A stretch of DNA of 64,000 nt from the human T2T-CHM13v2.0 reference genome, Homo sapiens. Position numbers and translations under genes: made by a program. Under the pieces are notes generated by a model, which was given only the letters and a program-made list of their open reading frames with translations, was not told the origin of the DNA and did not search any database. The stretch is taken from NCBI RefSeq assembly GCF_009914755.1, contig NC_060933.1. One strand, written 5' to 3'. Shown one piece after another: positions 60,201 to 64,000 of this stretch (its first letter is position 1; each line of letters begins with the position of its first letter).

Positions 60201-63200
60201 CCGGAATGGAATGGAATGGAATGGAATGGAATGGAATGGAATGGAGTGGAATCAACCCGAGAGCAATGGAATGGAGTGGAATGGAATGGAATGGAATGGA
60301 ACAACCCGAATGGAATGGAATGTAATGGAGAGTAAGGGAGTTGAATAGAATCAATCCGAATGTAATGGAATGGAATGCAACGGAATGGAATGGAATGGAA
60401 TGCAATGGAATTGAATCAACCCGAGTACAATGGAATGGAATGGAATGGAATGGAATGGAATGGAATGGATTGGAATGGAATGATACGGAATAGAATGGAA
60501 TGGAACGAAATGGAATGGAATGGAATGGAATGGAATGGAATGGAATGGAATGAAATGGAATGGAATGGAATGGAATGAAATGGAATGGAATGGAATGGAA
60601 TCGTTCCGAGTGGAATAGGAGGGAATGTATTCGAGTGGAATGGAAAGGAATGGTATCAACCAGAGTGGAATGGAAGGGAATGGAATGGAATGGAAACTAA
60701 TAGAATGGAATCAACCCGAGTGGAATGGAATGGAAAGGACTGGAATGGAATGGAATGGAATGGAATCAACTCGATTGTAATGGAATGGAATGGCATGGAA
60801 TGGAATGGAATTAACCCGAATACAATGGAATGGGATGGAATGGAACGGAATGGAGTGGAATGGAATGGAATCAACCCGAGTGCAGGAGAATGGAATGGAA
60901 TGGAATGCAATGGAATGGAATCATCCGGAATGGAATGGAATGGAATGGAATGCAAAGCAATGGAATCAACTCGATTGCAATGGAATGGAATGGAATGGAA
61001 AGGAATACATTGGAATCAACCCGAGTGGAATGGAATGGAAAGGACTGGAATGGAGTGGAATGGAATGGAATGGAATGGAATGGAATCAACTCGATTGGAA
61101 TGGAATGGAATGGAATGGAATGGAATGGAATTAACCCCAATAGAATGGAATGGAATGGAATGGAACGGAACGGAATGGAATGGAATGGAATTGAATGGAA
61201 TGGAATAAACCCGAGTGCAATGGAATGGAGTGGAATGGAATGGAATGGAATGGAACAACCCGAATGGAATGGAATGTAATGGAGAGTAAGGGAGTTGAAT
61301 AGAATCAATCCGAATGTAATGGAATGGAATGGAACGGAATGGAATTGAATGGAATGGAATGGAATGGAATCAACCCGAGTGCAATGGAATGGAGAGGAAT
61401 GGAATGGAATGGAATGGAAACTACCCTAATGGAATGGAATGTAATGGAGTGTAAGGGAATTGAATAGAATCAATCCGAATGTAATGGAATGGAATGGAAT
61501 GGAATGGAATGGAATGGAATGGAATGGAATGGAATGGAATCAACCCGAGTGCAATCGAATGGAATCGAATGGAATGGAATGCAATGGAATGGATTCAACT
61601 TGAATGGAATGGAAAGAATGGAATCAACACGAGTGGAATGGCATGGATTGGAATGGAATGGAATGGAATCAACCCGAGTACAGGGGAATGGAATGGAATG
61701 GAATGCAATGGAATGGAATCATCCGTAATGGAATGGAAAGGAATGGAATGGAATGGAATGGAATGGAATGGAATGGAATGGAATCAACTCGATTGCAATC
61801 GAATGGAATGGAATGGAATTAACCCGAATAGAATGGAATGGAATGGAATGGAACGCAACGGAATGGAATGGAATGGAACGGAATGGAATGGAACGGAACA
61901 GAACGGAATGGATGGAATGGAATGGAATGGAATGGAATGGAATCAACGCGAGTGCAGGGGAATGGAATGGAATGGAATGCAATGGAATGGAATCTTCCGG
62001 AATGGAATGGAATGGAATGGAATGGAATGGAATGGAATGAAATGCAATGGATTCAACTCGATTGCAATGGAATGGAATAGAATGGAATGGAATGGAATGG
62101 AATGGAATGGAATTAACCCGAATAGAATGGAATGGAATGGAATGGAACGGAATGGAACGGAATGCAATGGAATGGAATGGAATGGAATGGTATGGAATGG
62201 AATGGAATGGTACGGAATAGAATGGAATGGAACGAATTGTAATGGAATGGAATTGAATGGAATGAAATGGAATGGAATGGAATGGAATGGAATCAACGCG
62301 AGTGCAGGGGAATGTAATGGAACGAAATGCAATGGAATGGAATCATGCGGAATGGAATGGAATGGAATGGAATGGAATGGAATGGAATCAACCCGAGTGC
62401 AATGGAATGGAGTGGAATGGAATGGAATGGAATGGAACAACCCGAATGGAATGGAATGTAATGGAGAGTAAGGGAGTTGAATAGAATCAATCCGAATGTA
62501 ATGGAATGGAATTCAATGGAATGGAAAGGAATGGAATGGAATGGAAAGGAATGGAATGGAATGGAATGGAATGGAATGCCTTCAAACCGAATGTAATGGA
62601 AAGGAATGGAATCAACACGAGTGGAATGGAATGGAATGGAATGGAATCGAATGGAATGGAATAATATGGAATAGAATGGAATGGAACGAAATGGAATGGA
62701 ACGAAATGGAATGGAATGGAATGGAATGGAATGGAATGGAATGATACGGAATAGAATGGAATGGAACGAAATGGAGTGGAATGGAATGGAATGGAATGAA
62801 ATGGAATGGAATGGAATCGTTCCTAGTGGAATAGGAGGGAATGTATTCGAGTGGAATGGAAAGGAATGGTATCAACCAGAGTGGAATGGAAGGGAATGGA
62901 ATGGAATGGAAACTAATAGAATGGAATCAACCCGAGTGGAATGGAATGGAAAGGACTGGAATGGAATGGAATGGAATGGAATCAACTCGATTGTAATGGA
63001 ATGGAATGGAATGGAATGGAATGGAATGGAATGGAATTAACCCGAATACAATGGAATGGAATGGAATGGAATGGAATGGAGTGGAATGGAATGGAATCAA
63101 CCCGAGTGCAGGGTAATGGAATGGAATGGAATGCAATGGAATGGAATCATCCGGAATGGAATGGAATGGAATGGAATGCAAAGCAATGGAATCAACTCGA

Positions 63201-64000
63201 TTGCAATGGAATGGAATGGAATGGAAAGGAATACATTGGAATCAACCCGAGTGGAATGGAATGGAAAGGACTGGAATGGAGTGGAATGGAATGGAATGGA
63301 ATGGAATGGAAACAACTCGATTGGAATGGAATGGAATGGAATGGAATGGAATTAACCCGAATAGAATGGAATTGAATGGAATGGAAAGGAACGGAATGGA
63401 ATGGAATGGAATGGAATGGAATGGAATCAACCCGACTGCAGGGGAATGGAATGGAATGGAATGCAATGGAATGGATTCAACTTCAATGGAATGGAAAGAA
63501 TGGAATCAACACGAGTGGAATGGCATGGATTGGAATGGAATGGAATGGAATTAACCCGAGTACAAGGGAATGGAATGGAATGGAATGCAATGGAATGGAA
63601 TCATCCGTAATGGAATGGAAAGGAATGGAATGGAATGGAATGGAATGGAATAGAATGGAATGGAATCAACTCGATTGCAATCGAATGGAATGGAATGGAA
63701 TTAACCCGAATAAAATGGAATGGAATCGAATGGAACGGAACGGAACGGAATGGAATGGATTGGAATGGAATGGAATGGAATGGAACGGAATGGAATGGAA
63801 TGGAATGGAATGGAATGGAATGGAATCAACGCGAGTGCAGGGGAATGGAATGGAATGGAATGCAATGGAATGGAATCTTCCGGAATGGAATGGAATGGAA
63901 TGGAATGGAATGGAATAAACCCGAGTACAATGGAATGGAGTGGAATGGAATGGAATGGAATGGAACAACCCGAATGGAATGGAATGTAATGGAGAGTAAG
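57211..64000 (+). repeat. HSat3 higher-order repeat, copy 3 (truncated by window end)
   Basis: Same ordered landmarks as copy 1 at about +19,010 (38221/57231, 40328/59338, 41575/60585) and +19,005 near the end (43676/62681). Confidence 0.92.

Larger units (their letters stand above)
1..64000 (+). repeat. Human Satellite III (HSat3) pericentromeric (GGAAT)n/(CATTC)n array, G-rich strand on +
   Basis: GGAAT pentamers run continuously across the window, interspersed with CAACCCGAGT/TAACCCGAAT decamers, the classical Satellite 3 signature. The ~23/26-bp ATCATCGAATGG-type unit of HSat2 is absent. Orientation is the same throughout. Confidence 0.98.

Noticed and set aside
3-63989. Hundreds of ORFs in the six-frame track (MEWNG repeats on +, IPFHS repeats on -), including 386, 325, 310 and 307 aa frames
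   Set aside because: They are a direct consequence of a stop-free pentamer, overlap in all frames, and show no domain, codon or splice structure. Not called as CDS.
1-64000. CRISPR-like appearance (conserved cassettes separated by spacers)
   Set aside because: The spacers are GGAAT runs rather than unique sequences, there are no cas genes, and the sequence is primate satellite DNA.
1-64000. HSat2, alpha satellite/CENP-B box or telomeric repeat identity
   Set aside because: I saw no ATCATCGAATGG-based 23/26-bp HSat2 unit, no 171-bp AT-rich alphoid monomer or CENP-B box, and no TTAGGG arrays. GTAAGGG is an isolated variant.
1-64000. Canonical G-quadruplex motifs from GGGG/GGG runs
   Set aside because: Runs of three or more G are isolated, typically tens to hundreds of bp apart, so no four-tract G3 motif was seen.
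1-64000. Annotating a discrete HSATIII ncRNA gene or promoter
   Set aside because: No start, end or promoter can be identified from the sequence. Transcription is only inferred from family knowledge, so it is kept as a finding.

Overview
The whole 64 kb window is one uninterrupted human Satellite III (HSat3) array. It consists of (GGAAT)n pentamers with the G-rich strand on +, punctuated by the Sat3-diagnostic CAACCCGA(G/A)T decamer and related variants (CAACTCGATT, TAACCCGAATAG, CATCCGG, GTAAGGGA(A/G)TTGAATAGAATCAATCCG). I saw no genes, transposable elements, alpha satellite, unique sequence or strand inversion. All listed ORFs (poly-MEWNG / poly-IPFHS) are artefacts of a stop-free pentamer. 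The real information is higher-order structure. From about 38.2 kb to the end there is a near-identical ~8.15 kb higher-order repeat (HOR) made of three related subunits, and its middle copy carries a fresh 2,715 bp tandem duplication. A rearranged ~5.9 kb-period variant lies at 33-38 kb. The 1-33 kb part is an older mosaic with a degenerate 7.1-7.8 kb duplication, ~1.75 kb and ~3.9 kb offset duplications, and small 410/335/165 bp tandems. The motif content resembles the chr9q12-type (HSat3B-like) satellite, but that assignment is inference. I found no evidence for a new protein-coding system; the best candidates for novelty are the HOR architecture and its functional consequences. Coordinates were read by eye and from offsets between identical ORF-track entries, so boundaries are approximate.
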